From: Macrostomum hystrix
Lineage: Eukaryota > Animalia > Platyhelminthes
Assembly (NCBI GenBank): GCA_950097015.1
Contig: CATNEN010000001.1
Span: 23,312,001 to 23,376,000 of the forward strand
Reading direction: 5' to 3'
DNA length: 64,000 bases
Part shown: one piece after another, positions 48,346 through 61,708 of the stretch
Layout of the letters: every line of letters begins with the position of its first letter
Numbering within the stretch: position 1 is the first letter of the stretch
Notes under the pieces: model-generated
What the model was told of the DNA's origin: nothing
Seen by the model: only the letters and a program-made list of their open reading frames with translations
Database searches by the model: none
Translations under genes and position numbers: made by a program

Positions 48346-48639
48346 GTGCGGAATGCAACGGTGGGTCAAGGACTTCTATATAACAGGATCCAGTCCAGAT
48401 GCCATTGTATAGAAGTCCTTGGGTGGGTCCTGAGGCCTGCAATGAATATCTTAATTAACTAATTTACATGCAATAGCGGACTCCTGTCTTCCTGTTTCTC
48501 TTCTTTTTTGCGTGATCTTCGCAGTTCGCGAACGGCTATGCACGACAAACGAGTCTCATTCTTCTAGAAAGAGAAAGAAGATTAAGCAACTGTGAAAGGA
48601 AAAAGGAATTGCTTTGGCCGAGAACTGGGCCCCCAAGCC

Positions 48640-49500
48640 CCGCCTCTCTCAGCTCCACTCGAAATCCTGAGATCCTGGCCTGTCTGTCAAACCCTGCTTT
48701 GCGCTTTGTTAGCTTTTGCCTTTTCTTACTTCTGGCCAGGCTCGCTCACTCTGCCCACTTGCCGCCTCGAGGGCAAAGGGCCGCCCTGCCCGGCCCTGTC
48801 CCCAACAACTGCGCCGGTCACACACTGGGCCAGGTCGGACCATCAGAAGAAGCGGCAGCGGGCCACACACACACACACAGCTCCCACATGGCGCTGACGC
48901 ACGCACCGGGCAAGGCGGGCACCCTTCACTCTCTCGCTCTCGCTTTATTTCCTGCCTCCGGGCCCATGGGGGCAGGCAACGGCGCACCCGGGGCGGACTG
49001 TGAAACCCCACCCCCGCAGCCAGCAGCCCAGCCCCGTCAACGATTTGCGCTTGCACAAGAGGCCGCGGGCCAAAGCGCCAGACAGAGGTTTTTAGCTGTG
49101 TGTGTCTGTGGCTTGGGGGGCTAGTTTTCCTGTGCTAAAAAGCCTTTGGCTCGACCCCCCGTGGCGCCCCCACCCGCCGCCCTCCAGACCCTTGAAATCT
49201 GCGAGGCGGTGGCGGCCTCCGCGCGGGGGGGGGCGGCGGGTCTGCTTTTCTCGCTCTAGTGGAGCGGCGCCCCGCAGAAGCCCGGAACCGGGCCCGCCCG
49301 GTCAGCCACGCCTCTCTCTCTTACGGACCTCCAGGGCTTATTCCCATCCGGAGACAGGGTCGGCCATATCCCAGCTCCCCCGCTCAACACCCCTCGTGTG
49401 CGTGACGTCCCCGCGGGCCGCCCGCCAACCCCCCGCCAGGCCGCGCTGTGAGGAAGGACCGGCGGCCGTCGACCACCCACCCCCGACCCGCAGTCTCCAT
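48640..49500 (+). promoter_or_regulatory. GC/CpG-rich island upstream of the SAMD1-like gene
   Basis: Sharp GC/CpG enrichment against AT-rich flanks, GC boxes (GGGCGG), TGACGT CRE-like site near 49403. Confidence 0.55.
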
Positions 49501-49594
49501 ATAATTGAGAAAGCTTAGCCCAGAAGGAATAAAGACAGCGAGAAGAAAAAGCGAGACAGCTTCACTCGGGTCATATATTTTTGTCCAGCGTTAG

Positions 49595-51323
49595 ATGAAA
49601 TCCGACATGTTCGTTGCCTCGAATTCGGCTGCCGCTGCTGCTGCTGCCGCGGCTGCGGCGGCTGCTCAAGCTAACTCCACTGCCTCTAGTATCAGCGCTC
49701 CGGGATGGCCGCCAGCGGCTCTCAGCCACCATCATCAGGCGTTGCATCAACTGCAACAGCAGCATCATCAGCAGCTGTTGCAGCAGCACCAGCAGCAGCA
49801 GCAGCACGCGCTTCTCCTGGAAGCAGCCGCAGCTTTTAGTCAACACTATTCCTACGCCGCATTCTACCCATCCCCACAGCAGCAGCACCAGCAGCAGCAT
49901 AACATGGACCTTACTCACATCTTACTAGCCCAGCAGCAGTTTCTGCAACAGCAGCAGCATCAGCTGCACTTGCACAACCAGCAGCAGCAGAAGCAGCAGC
50001 AGCAACAGCAGCACTACCAGCCTCCTCTACCGGCCTGTCTTACTGGCCCACAGGCCCAAGAAGAGCCGACTCCATCCGCCACTTCACCGGATTCGTCAGT
50101 CAACGTCAAATCCAGCCTGCTGACAATCATCGACCGGCTGCGCGAACGCAAGGCTCGCCCGGACGCTGACAGAATCTGCTCGATGATGTCGCGGCAGCAC
50201 GGACTACCTCGGGAGGTCATTGCCAGGACACTGGAGCGCCTAGTTGAGGAGGGTTCTGTGCTTCGCGTTGAGTACAAGGGCTCCGTGTCCTACAGAAATG
50301 CCGCCAAATGGCGCAACAAAGTCGGCGGCGTTGCAGTTCATGACGCCGCAGCCGCCGCTGCCGCCGCTGTTGCATCGATCGGCGGTGCTAAGAAACGTCG
50401 CAAGCAGAACAGCGCCTCGCCAACTAATTCCTGTGTGAATGCTGTCAAGCTGGAGCAGAAATCTAAAGAGCTGGATGCTTCGAACGGTTGTACCACGCCG
50501 CTCGACCTGTCTGTTGGCACCGTCGTGAAGGTCAAGACCGAATCGGATGTACCTGCAGCACCATCATGCACAGCTAACGAACCAGCCGCTAAGAAGGCTG
50601 CTGAACTCGAGGCTGAGAATTCCGATACGATGAAAACCTTGCCAGTTCAGGATGCTGATAAAGAGGTCGCTGCAGCGGAAGGAGCTGATATTGGCAACGA
50701 GTTGATGTGAGTCGATGGAAGAATTATTACAGCCTAGTTTAATAAGCTCAGATGGCTGCTTTCGTACGACCCTTGAGACTCTAAACAATTAAAAAATCTA
50801 TCGATGCCGCTCACCTGAACACATTCCCAGGGACCCAACCGTCGACTCTAACAAGAAAACTGACGAAAGCGATGTCGAAATGAACAGTTCCGTAGCCACA
50901 GGCAAGAGTCTTGATGAGAATGATCTGGGCTTCGACCAACCTGATCAGCCAGTGCAGGTAGAAGACAGCAAGGACAGCATGGACGGTGATCTTGACGAAG
51001 ACGACCATAACGACGAGGACGACTGCACCGGTGATGACACCGACGACGAGAGCTACGACGTTGACGCCTCGGACTGGACGATAGACGAAGTTGCCAACTG
51101 GCTGCAGGCGAAGAGCTTTGCAGAGGCCGCTGCGGCTTTTCGAGCTCAAGAGATCGACGGCGCCGCGCTGATGCTCCTTCGACGCGGCGACATTCTGGCT
51201 TGTCTGGGACTGCGGCTGGGTCCGGCTGTCAAACTGTTCCAGTGCATCTGCCGGCTGCAAGCTGCCAGCCAACTGAGGATGAAATGGGGCTGCAGCAACG
51301 GATCTATGGACCTCGGGCACTGA
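49595..51323 (+). CDS. SAMD1: SAMD1/atherin-like protein (polyQ, SAMD1-type winged helix, PLDLS, acidic tract, SAM), 534 aa; exons 49595-50706 and 50831-51323
   Basis: IIDRLRERKARPDADRICSMM...VLRVEYKGSVSYRNA is the SAMD1/KAT6-type winged helix; WTIDEVANWL...FRAQEIDGAALMLL...LGLRLGPAVKL is a SAM domain; GT-AG phase-2 intron joins the two in frame. Confidence 0.85.
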
Positions 51324-51410
51324 TCTAGGGACCTTGGGCACTGATCTAGGGACCTTGGGCACTGATCTAGGGACCTCGGGCACTGATCTATGGACGTCGG
51401 GAACTCATCT
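51309..51410. repeat. 21-bp tandem repeat across the SAMD1-like stop codon, ~4-5 copies
   Basis: ggacct(c/t)gggcactgatctag. Confidence 0.85.
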
Positions 51411-51831
51411 AGAGACTTCAGACTTCGGATTTAAGGAACTGGGATCAACGTAACGGATTGGGAGATAAGGAAAAACAGGACTATTTATATTCAAACATTT
51501 CTGTTCTTTTGCTTTTTTATGTTTTTCGCTATACTTATTCAGCTAGAATTTTTAACTTTTCGTAAAACTCGCGCTGCATTTATTTTTGGCTGTAAATATC
51601 TAGAACAAATAAGTTGGCTCTCCTCGCACAGCAATCTCAGTGCAATTTGTACTGGGAATACACACACTTTCCAGGATTTCTATGTTTCTCAAAAATCTGT
51701 ACATGCGTGACCTATATCGCTCGTATAGTGTGTAAATATGTGTAGTCGCATTGTCACACGTTTGAATGATAAAATAAACTATTCATTCATCATCAAGTCA
51801 ACTAATTTAATAATTTTGTTTGTTTTTTATA

Positions 51832-51902
51832 GGTGCGCGGTTAACGCGTTTCCCACTCGCACCAAGGTCCCGGAGCTCGCTTCCGCGGGGAGGCCACATT
51901 CA
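51832..51902 (+). mobile_element. SINE family B head fragment
   Basis: gcggttaacgcgtttcc..tcgcaccaaggtcc...ttccgcggggaggccacatt matches the reverse complement of 63485-63555. Confidence 0.7.
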
Positions 51903-54168
51903 TTTTTGTTGCAAGCTTACGAGTATGAGCTTGTCCGTATACTGATCCGTCTCCTATATATACTCAAAGTAGATTTATACAGGAGCCTTGAGATGCCTGA
52001 ATGTTGGCTACTGGCTCAACCCAACCGGATCCTACTAGCCAAGCACACTGCCCCCTAGGGGATTCTCTTCCCAAAATCTTTAGCCCTCCTTTAGTCGGGC
52101 CTCTTCATCTCCGCGGCGCAGACTCCAATTCCACTTGATCGGGACCCGAGGCTAGCGCTGGCCTTGCTGCCGCGGTGGTTCGATAGTATAGTTAACATTT
52201 TAGTCGATAATTTACTGGAAAGAGCAGAGCTCTCTGCCATACCTGCAGCCATCAATAAATATCGACCGATTTTCATGCAGGCTTATATAAAATTATTTGG
52301 TGATAATATGTTGCGTATAGCATCGGCATCATGTTAAGTTGTCGCAATTAAAAAGTATTTTATCTGAGAAATTTAAGACCTATTAGTGGTATAATATAGA
52401 GGTAATTTAAATTATTTGATACGTTGTCTTATTAAATTGCTGATGGTGTCTCATGGGGTCTCGTGTTAAATGATCTGGGCATTGCCATTTGACCTTCGAT
52501 CAAGCACATGTAAATGGCCCTCTTCGGTCTTTCGTCTTTTAATGACGATCTTTGCCAGCATTTAGCAGATAAATTATAAACTCATGTTAAAACTTAGACC
52601 ACGCACAGCGGTAAAAGGAGTTTTTTTATTTCTGAGTGCGTAAGAATACTGGTTTATATACTGTTCGCGTGCATGGTATTATGTAAATTAAAATTTATTC
52701 CCATGTATTCCCATTTATTACCATCAACTACGTAAACTACGTATTGAGTATACTAATTTCTCGCATTAGTCTTCTAGCTAGACCTAGCAGTTGTTTATTA
52801 GTCTGTTTTTACATAAAAATCGTATTTAACATGAACTAACAGTCTTTTAATAAACAGACATAGTTTTACTTAAAATATATAAATATTTATGTCAAATCTA
52901 AGTAACATTCAGGTAGGTTAAAAAACAAATTACATCTTCATCAGCTTTGCATCAAGATTTATTGAACTAATCGCGGTCACTTGTCCAGATTTATTGGAGC
53001 CAGATCCTAATGGCCGTTTAAAAAGGCATTTTTCACGAATGTGTCCTAAATGCCATTAGCAACAGAAACAACGAGAACGTAACTTGAAGTTTTTGAACGG
53101 TTAAACAAAAAAGCAGAAACTGTTAGTAAATACAGTATTATAAATGACAAGTTGATTCATTTTCTGCAATAAAAATTCTAATACAAGCTAATTGTATTAA
53201 AAATTAAGCTAAATAAAAAATAATGGTTACCACGGTTCCATAGTAGCAGTAGAAAATTTCGACTTTGATATGCCAAGCATTTTCATACACAATGTCTGTT
53301 TTACAGACGTATTCTTTTTTAGCATTTCGATATTCAGATTATTATTAGTTTTGTGCAGTTTAGATACTGTAAAATAATGCATAAGAAAAATAAGTTGGAA
53401 CAGTTAGTGTGCTTAAAAATAGTATGGATAAACTTATTTAATTGAATGGTAATTAACGTTACTTAAAATGCCGTCTTACAACTCTATAAACGTACTCGTA
53501 ACACACAGCTTTAACTCTTATACAGACGCACAGAAATGTATGCATTTTTATAAACACTTATCATTGAAGTTTGTTTACATTTTATTGTTATTAAAAAATC
53601 GAAATACAAAATTAAATTCATGGTTTATAAAATTAACTGATCAGTAAATCAGTAAATCTGATTAAATCAGGTAATGGACATAAATTATATTAATAAATAT
53701 AGCTCCTTAGCGAATACATTTTTATTTGATGTTTTGCTTTCATTATCTTTTGATTGATAAGGATTAAATGCAAAAAGTAGTTGACATATAAGTTGAACTT
53801 TATTCACCAGTTTACAAAATGTAAAAGCATTGTCAAGAAACAGTAAGACTTATAGAAATTTGTGCTGTTGTTTGTCATTTGTAATTATATTTGCACATTT
53901 TTTGTCTATTACATATGATTTTTTAATTTTCGGGTGCAAATAATTGTTGTATTTGAGCCTCCTTTAAGTATATAAAAGCTAGATATGAAAACTTACAAAT
54001 TGATTCAAAACAATACTCAATAATGTTTGATGCCATCAAATGTTTTATTTTTAATATGCTTTAGAAGCATATGAAGCGCTATATCTTTAAAAAGTTTGTT
54101 AAACATAGATTGTCCATCTCTTCACTCTGTTTTGTTTCCAGTCCTAGACTCGAGTCTCCGCTGTTGCC

Positions 54169-57100
54169 ATGGAGATCCAGTATGTTTACACTAAGAAGCG
54201 AGCCGAATTCGGCCGCCAGTGCATCTTCAGCGACCGGCCGGCCGAGCTGCTGGTTGACATAACGCCGAATCCGGACGCCCTGAAGGAATTCGTGGAGCGC
54301 GACCCCGTGGACAGAGGCGTCCAAGTTGTTCAAGAGATGAGCGAGCATGATGTCAACACTGAGCGCTTCGAGACTGACTCTCACGGTGTAAACCACGCCG
54401 AGGGAGGCTGGCCGAAGGACGTCAACGCCCAGGAGGTCGAGCAGGTGATCCGTTTCCGCAAGAAGGTCGAGAAGGACGAGATGTACATCAGCACCGTGCA
54501 GACTTTGGGCGGTCAGATGGAGCACTGCATCAAGCAGAACAACGCCATCGACATCTATCAGGACTACTTCAGCGACGTGGAGATTCAAGCATCCGAGGAG
54601 CCACCGTCGGCAAAGACCATTAACGTGTTCAAAGATCCCAACAAGGACCGCGGCGTGGCCCACATCAGCTGGTACCCGGATGGTCCAACCAAGCTGGCCA
54701 TTGCCTACTGTAACACCGACTTTCAGCGGGCACCGAAGGACACATCCACGGAGTCCTACGTCTGGGATGTGATCAACCCCAACAAGCCGGACCTGGCCTT
54801 AAAGCCGGTGTCGCCCCTGGTGTGTCTGGAGTACAACCCGAAGGACGCCCACATTCTGGTTGGCGGCTGTTACAACGGCCAAGTGGCGTACTGGGACTGT
54901 CGCAAGGGTTCACAGCCAATTGAGACCAGTGAGGTGGCCACCGGGCATCGCGATCCGGTCTGGAAGGTCATCTGGAATCAGAGCAAGACGGGCACCGAAT
55001 GCTTCTCCGTGTCCACTGATGGTCAGGTCAGTTAAAAAGTCCACTATATTCCATTGCCTCTGAGAAGACTTTTTTACTTTGACAATTAAAGAGTTCGCAT
55101 TAAAACAAACGAAATTCAGGTGCTATGGTGGGACATCCGCAAGCTGGCCGAGCCAATCGAGAAGCTTTACTTGGACGCCACTAAGAAGCAGGACTTGTCG
55201 CAGGCGCAGGGCGCGTACGCCCTGGAGTACGAGCCGACCATCCCCACCAAGTTCATGGCCGGCACAGAGCAGGGCGCCATCTTCTCCTGCAACAGGAAGG
55301 GCAAGACCGATGCGGACAAGATTGTGGCCGTGTATCCGGGACACATCGGGCCGGTCTATGCTCTGCAGAGGAACCCGCAGTTTCCCAAGGTTATACATTG
55401 TTCATTTTATGCACACTTTTCAGTTGGGAACGTGGCGTGCCCGGAGTACAACCCGAAGGACGCTCACATTCTGGCTGGCGGCTGTTACAATGGGGCCGAG
55501 GGGCATCCATTAGAAATGCATTAAAATAGCTTTTTTTCAAAATAATTGGCTGACCCTAATATTGAAGCAACGCTATGGTTAAATATGTTAAATGAGTTAC
55601 GAAGTAACTATAGAAATTGTACTTTTTGAGTTTTATTTTTCGTTTCAAAGTTTTTCTTAACGCTTTCGATCTCTTCTATTGACGTTTGCTTACAATAAAT
55701 CGGCACAAAAGGTCATCAAAAAACATAAAACTTCAAAACTTAGAGCAAACAGAAGAGACCACAATATTGGGAATTTAGCGACTCCTGCAGTCGGCACTAA
55801 TTAACATGAGTTATTTACAACGCGTTTTCAATCCAGATCTTTATGTCCGTCGGAGACTGGACGACTCGGATTTGGTCGGAGGACATCAAAGAGAACGCCA
55901 TCATGTGGACGAAGTTTCATCAGAGCGGCCTCACCGACGGCTGCTGGTCGACGGTCCGGCCGGCCGTTTTCTTCACCTCTAAAACCGACGGCACCCTGGA
56001 CGTCTGGGACCTGCTGTTCAAGCAAAACGACCCGACACTCACCGTGCAGGTCTGCGACGAGCCGCTGCAGTGCCTCCGCCTTCAGGAGCACGGCCGCCTC
56101 ATGGCATGCGGCAGCCAGGGCGGTGTCGCCACCATCGTCGAGCTGTCAGAAGGCTTCTACGCGCAGAACCGCAACGAGCGCAACCTGGTCAACACCATCT
56201 TCGATCGCGAGACCAGGCGAGAGAAGATTCTGGAGGCCCGGCACAGGGAGATGAAGCTTAAGGAGAAGAAGGGTGGAGCGGTGAGTACCTTTGAGTTCAA
56301 GGCTCAAAAATAATTAAAGTATTCGCAAGAGTGCTGCGGGCAAAAGCACATCATTTGCTGACACTGAACCCGCAGCCAGCGGCGAGGTGGCATTTCTGCC
56401 CATTCCGCTGACTCCTGAGCACACGCACACACAGACACCGTACGCAGTCACGCGCATACTCAGGTGTGTACATCTGCCCAGACTTTCTCATCGTCAGGCA
56501 GTGTACACTCTCACTGTGCCTTGGAGTTTGGGCCTCAAGGGCGCGAATTAAACGACAAGCCCCCCAAGCCTTCTCTCCGAGGCTGCGCCCCAAATTAAAG
56601 TGGCCTCACCTCACCTATAAACTACAATACTTGTTCGCAGAGTGTTTCAGAATCTGACTCACCGCGAGCTGCGCAGACTGAATTTTCGACTAGAAACAAT
56701 CCGGTAATGAGGCCTGAGGTGAAATTAATGCTGAGAGTTTTACAAGTTAGCCGTGTCTGTGTTTTGCTTTAAATGTTTACTTATTAACTTGGATGCATCT
56801 CCATGGACACTCCTCTATTATTCCCATGCTCAACGAATGCTGATATTGTCTAGGAAAAATATTCCAAGCATGGTTGAGAAAATTTCCTCCGAATGTTGTC
56901 CGCTTGTCCGACAGCCAAAACAAAATTTGATAATTTTTTGTTGCTTCGCTCTGCCTTTAATGAAGAGGAATGTTTAGCTTCCTAGACGTGTTGTCGTTGC
57001 AGTCACCCACCGAATTATAGGATAAAGTTTTATTCATTGATTGTGGGCATCGCGATACAAAATACGGTTTTACCCCGGAAATCTAGTTAATTTCGTTGAT

Positions 57101-58079
57101 AGTAGTCCAAATCGATTGTCCCACCAACTCAGGAGGACGAGGAAGAGCGAGGCGAGGAGCAGGTCGAGGACCTCATGGCCAAGGCCGAGCAGGACTTTTT
57201 TGCCGCCATCGACAACGAGAAGAAGTTGCGCGAGCGTCGCAAGGAGGAGCGCGAGAACGCGATGCGCGAGGTCGAGGCTGCGCCCGAGGAGGAAGCCGCC
57301 GGCGCCGAGGAGGAAGTCAAAAATCTGGAGCGGGTGAGGCTGGTGTACATTCTGGAGGGTCGGCTGGGGTGGGGACGAGTGTACATTCTAAAGGGTTGGC
57401 TTGGTTGGGGACAAGTGTACATTCTGGAGGATTGGTTGGAGTGGGGACGAGTGTACATTTTCTGGAGGGTCAGCTGGGGTGGGGACGAGTGTACATTCTA
57501 AAGGGTTGGCTTGGTTGGGGACGAGTGTACATTCTGGAGGATTGGTTGGAGTGGGGACGAGTGTACATTTTCTGGAGGGTCGGCTGGGGTGGGGACGAGT
57601 GTACATTCTGGAGGATTGGTTGGAGTGGGGACGAGTGTACATTTTCTGGAGGGTCGGCTGGGGTGGGGACGAGTGTACATTCTAAAGGGTTGGCTTGGTT
57701 GAGGACGAGTGTACATTCTGGAGGATTGGTTGGAGTGGGACGAATGTACATTCTGAGGGTGTTTCTGGGTTGGTGCCAAGTTCATAATAGTTTTTTAAGT
57801 CAAGGTGCTGAGTCTGATGTTGCACCCATTGTACTCTTCTGTTAGCAACAAAAATCACCGAATCTTACCTCTCGCAGGTGGAGGAAAACGGCGAGGACGA
57901 GGCTGAGAATCCGCAGAGTGACGAGCCGGTCTCTGCGGAGGAGAAGGGAGAGACGGTGAGCGTTATTAACTGTTTCCCGCCCATCCTACTGACAGTAGTA
58001 CGATTAGAATATTTTAATGAATTTCTATTAAAAACGCACTTTTCACCCGCCGTTTCAGGAGGGCAACGAGAAGGCGTAA
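54169..58079 (+). CDS. DNAI2: Axonemal dynein intermediate chain 2 (IC69/ODA6 type), 623 aa; exons 54169-55026, 55120-55389, 55837-56280, 57133-57333, 57878-57955, 58059-58079
   Basis: [31 protein letters not shown]40 repeats ([23 protein letters not shown]; [13 protein letters not shown]), [10 protein letters not shown]; all introns phase 0, GT-AG. Confidence 0.93.
56320..56610 (-). mobile_element. SINE family B copy in DNAI2 intron 3
   Basis: Homologous to 63247-63495. Confidence 0.8.
57342..57760. repeat. G-rich ~34-bp minisatellite with three-unit higher-order repeat
   Basis: gagtgtacattct followed by one of three variants (ggagggtcggctggggtggggac / aaagggttggcttggttggggac / ggaggattggttggagtggggac). 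Confidence 0.9.
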
Positions 58080-59910
58080 TCAAAGCTCTTCCATTGGATC
58101 ATCGGCAGGGAGAGAGTTTTGGCTAGCAGTGATTTTCAACAAACGATCAGGAGAATTAGAGATCGTTCACACCCCAATTTTGTTTCAGCATCAAAGAGCG
58201 AGCTAACTCTACAAATATATTTGAAGTTTTCTGAAATTATGAAATAAACTCTTTGGATGTTGCGTCGTAATAATTTTTCAAACCAACTCCGTCAGTAATT
58301 ATTGCTATTATTTTCGCTGTTGTCGCCTTTTCTGCTGCTGTTGTTTCTCTTCCTGTTTATTTGTTTCGAATTAATATGGACTAGGTAGCATCCTTTTGAA
58401 GACGTCAATGACTTCTCTTCCTGTTTATTTTTTTGTAACATTTTCTTCTACGGTTCCTTTGAGGGAGTTTTTTATTAGTGTTTTGTGACAATAAACTGTG
58501 AAGTTCAGATTTGCGAAGCAAAAAATGTTATGAATTCAAATAATTAGGCACGACAATTTAAAAGAGGTGCAATGATTTTTCATGACTTTTGTGCTTTTAT
58601 CATGGCGTGAGTGCAGGCGCTGTCTGAAGAGTTCGCCTCTAGCACCAACGTTCCTGAGTTCGATTCCTGAGTTTGAGTCTGAGTTTGTACCTTTGCCCAC
58701 TGCCCTCCTGCAAAAAAAGAGATATTTATTAATCGCATTGCACAAAAATTTTTATTGACTCGAATATTAATTTATTTACACTCGAAAGTGTCAACATTAC
58801 ATCATTATTGTCGTTGTCTAGATGTCGTGGCACGTATCCCAATTGTCTCATCCATAATCCGTTTCTAATCCCAAGCAATAGTTTTCATAGAGTTTTCATT
58901 TTAATAGAAAATGCCGCCAGCATGCCGTGAGGATATCTTCTCGCAGACTCAAGTTGCAGGTAAATGACATCTTGAGCTTATGACGCCAATCAACTATAGC
59001 AACGCCGCGTCGCGTCCCAGGTGTCAATTCGCTCCTACGTCAAAGCGAAGTAGCTTTCGCTGTCGTTAGGACCTCGTCCTGCTCCTCACACAGCTTTGGT
59101 GTCGAGTTTCCTCATCAGAATGCCGCTCGCTAGAGGCAAGTCGTCTCAGTTACCTGAAGAGGCCTGGGGGGTTTAAATGCTACACTGGAGCCAGCAGCTC
59201 GAGACACAATCACGAAATCGGTACGCTCATGGTTGATACTAGTAATTAGACTAGGACCCCACGGCTATTGCTCAACTGACTGTCGACTGCAGGAAATTTG
59301 ACATCACAGAAAAACATAGCGGAAAGCTAATTAAATATCTTCTTAGGAGGACAAGAAAGTTTCAAGATAAGAAACCCAACTGATTCTAAATGCGGCCTCA
59401 CAGTTGAAGCGAAAAGAATTCTTTTGCCCAATCTATTTCTCAGCAATGCTTATCGATTTCTTAGGCAGTTGTCGGCCGCGGAAAACACGCTTTCGAAATA
59501 TTCGGCGCCGATTCTTAATGCCATTTTCTTAGTTGCCATGCAACCAAGCTTGTGGAATTCTCCGCCCCTTCAAGACTTAAGACTCGCGGTTTTGAGTAGA
59601 AATTCTTGTGGGAAATCAGTCCATTTCACTAGCCTGTCTGTGGCACTTTCATGCTTAATCTCCTCGGAGGAAACTTGGAGGGAAAACTTCAGCTCCCATG
59701 GCATGTTCCAGCTCTGTGCTAGCGGGCTATTCTGGTAGTCTGTGTTAAAATCTCGTTGTTAGACATCTATGGACAGTTTAAGCTTTATCTACTCGTTTCT
59801 TTTGCTATGCAAATAGTGCAAAAACTTTGGAGCTTGGCCACTTTATCATTCTCAATCCTTTTTACTCTGCAATGATACATCGCCTACGTACCAGGTCGTA
59901 ATCTACACTT

Positions 59911-60185
59911 TGTCCTCCAATCACATCATCATCTGCCATGTACATTGGACTTTTCGTCCTCCAATCGCATCGTCATCTGCCATGTACATTGGACTTTTCG
60001 TCCTCCAATCGCATCGTCATCTGCCATGTACATTGGACTTTTCGTCCTCCAATCGCATCATCATCTGCCATGTACATTGGACTTTTCGTCCTCCAATCGC
60101 ATCGTCATCTGGCATGTACATTGGACTTTTCGTCCTCCAATCGCATCGTCATCTGCCATGTACATTGGACTTTTCGTCCTCCAGT
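59911..60185. repeat. 44-bp minisatellite, ~6 copies
   Basis: tcctccaatcgcatcgtcatctgccatgtacattggacttttcg. Confidence 0.93.
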
Positions 60186-61250
60186 CGTGTCTATTTGTTT
60201 CTATAGCAGCCGATCTGGTTGGTAAAACCAGTCGCCAAAAAATCTTTGCCAGCTCATTGCTATTTTTTCGTGATTTTAATATGGCACCACTGGCACAGCT
60301 GAAATAATAATTAATAAGGCAAAAAAGCACTGCAGCACGCTGGCTGTTTCCCCAAAAGTTTTCCCAAAAAATCTATAATTTTTATACATAATCTTTTGAA
60401 CTGCCGACAGACTCAAAATGCTAGTCAGATCAATTCTTTCAGCTGCGCAAGAAAGTAAAGAACGAGAAAAGTTAAGTCGAACGCAGAAGACAAAAAAGGG
60501 GTAAGGATTTTATTTAACTGAGAGGCCTTTTTCCTGGAAATGTGCTCAGTTTTTGCTAGAGCTCTCAACTCAGCCGGCTAAAGCGGTACCAAGAGCCGGT
60601 TTTTAAGTGTGAAGCATTCAGTTCAGTTCAGAGAAACGCAGCATGTTGCTAAAAGCCATTAGAGCACTGAGCTGAGCAGTAACTCAGCAACAGATCATGA
60701 CCACAGCATTTAGTTAAGGGGGGTGTGGGGGGCAGTGTCGTCACTAAAAAGTTGCCGGCAAACGGCCGTGAAAGCAAGATCCGGAGCTAAAGCTGAGCAG
60801 GAGCGTCACTTACTTAAAAATGTATTTTCAGTCCAAATTAACTAATAGGCAGTCGGTGTAGCGAAATCCTGGTTGAAAGCATTTTAAATATTTTCCGAAT
60901 TCGCCAAGCATTCGCTAGACTATTATCTTTGCTGGGTAAGATTTCACTAGACTAACCAAGACATAGCCACGGTTGCAATCAGTTAAAGTGTGGCAGGTTA
61001 TATCAATCTGATGATTGACACACTGCTCTGCCTAGCACCTAGCTTCAGCATTTTTTTAATCCGCAGAAAGCTTCTTGGGGACCTACTGGAGACATTGTAG
61101 CGATATCCTGCTGCTTGAGGGGAGCGAAAAACCACCCACACGCACTCACCACACGAGGAAGTTAGAGCTTAAAGTTCCTAAAAGGCTTTCTCTCGCTAGC
61201 TCTCTCTTTTACTCGAATCCCTCAAGACAAAACAGCCCAAATCTCGGCTT

Positions 61251-61278
61251 CTGATTGGTCAAGAGCGCTGATTGGTTG
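61251..61278 (+). promoter_or_regulatory. Two inverted CCAAT boxes upstream of the mGluR gene
   Basis: CTGATTGGTC and CTGATTGGTT, 17 bp apart, ~450 bp upstream of the ATG. Confidence 0.4.
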
Positions 61279-61708
61279 CAGAGAAAAGACTGGGGAGAGA
61301 GTGGTCGTTAGACGCTCTCGAGCGAACACTGAAAAGCCTCGCCCACACAAACTGACCCGGAGGATCAGCGGCCAGCGAGCGCAAACGGTGAGTCCGTTAA
61401 TTTTTCTCTTGGAACAGACGCGCCTTCAAATTGCCGGACACAAGCCCTGGCCTACGACTCCAGCGGAATAGAAACAGGCGAGATAAAAACACTGCAGAGA
61501 ACTGAGAAAAATCAATACACAGTCAAGCGCTCAATGCCTCTCTTTTCGCCGCTTCGGTCTCTCCCAATGCTCGATGCGCTGCTTAATTAAATCCGACGAA
61601 CTGGAAACAGACGACCACAGCAGCGACCGTAGCGTCCCAGTCTCCGCTTGAAGAGCCTCACGAAACCCAACTGAAAGTTCACTAGAGAGTCCGTCAAGCG
61701 GAAGCGTC

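Noticed and set aside
48592-49518. ORFs in the GC-rich region upstream of the SAMD1-like gene
   Set aside because: No domains; expected by chance in GC-rich sequence
50811-51383. 190-aa minus-strand ORF
   Set aside because: Antisense of the SAM exon plus the 21-bp repeat
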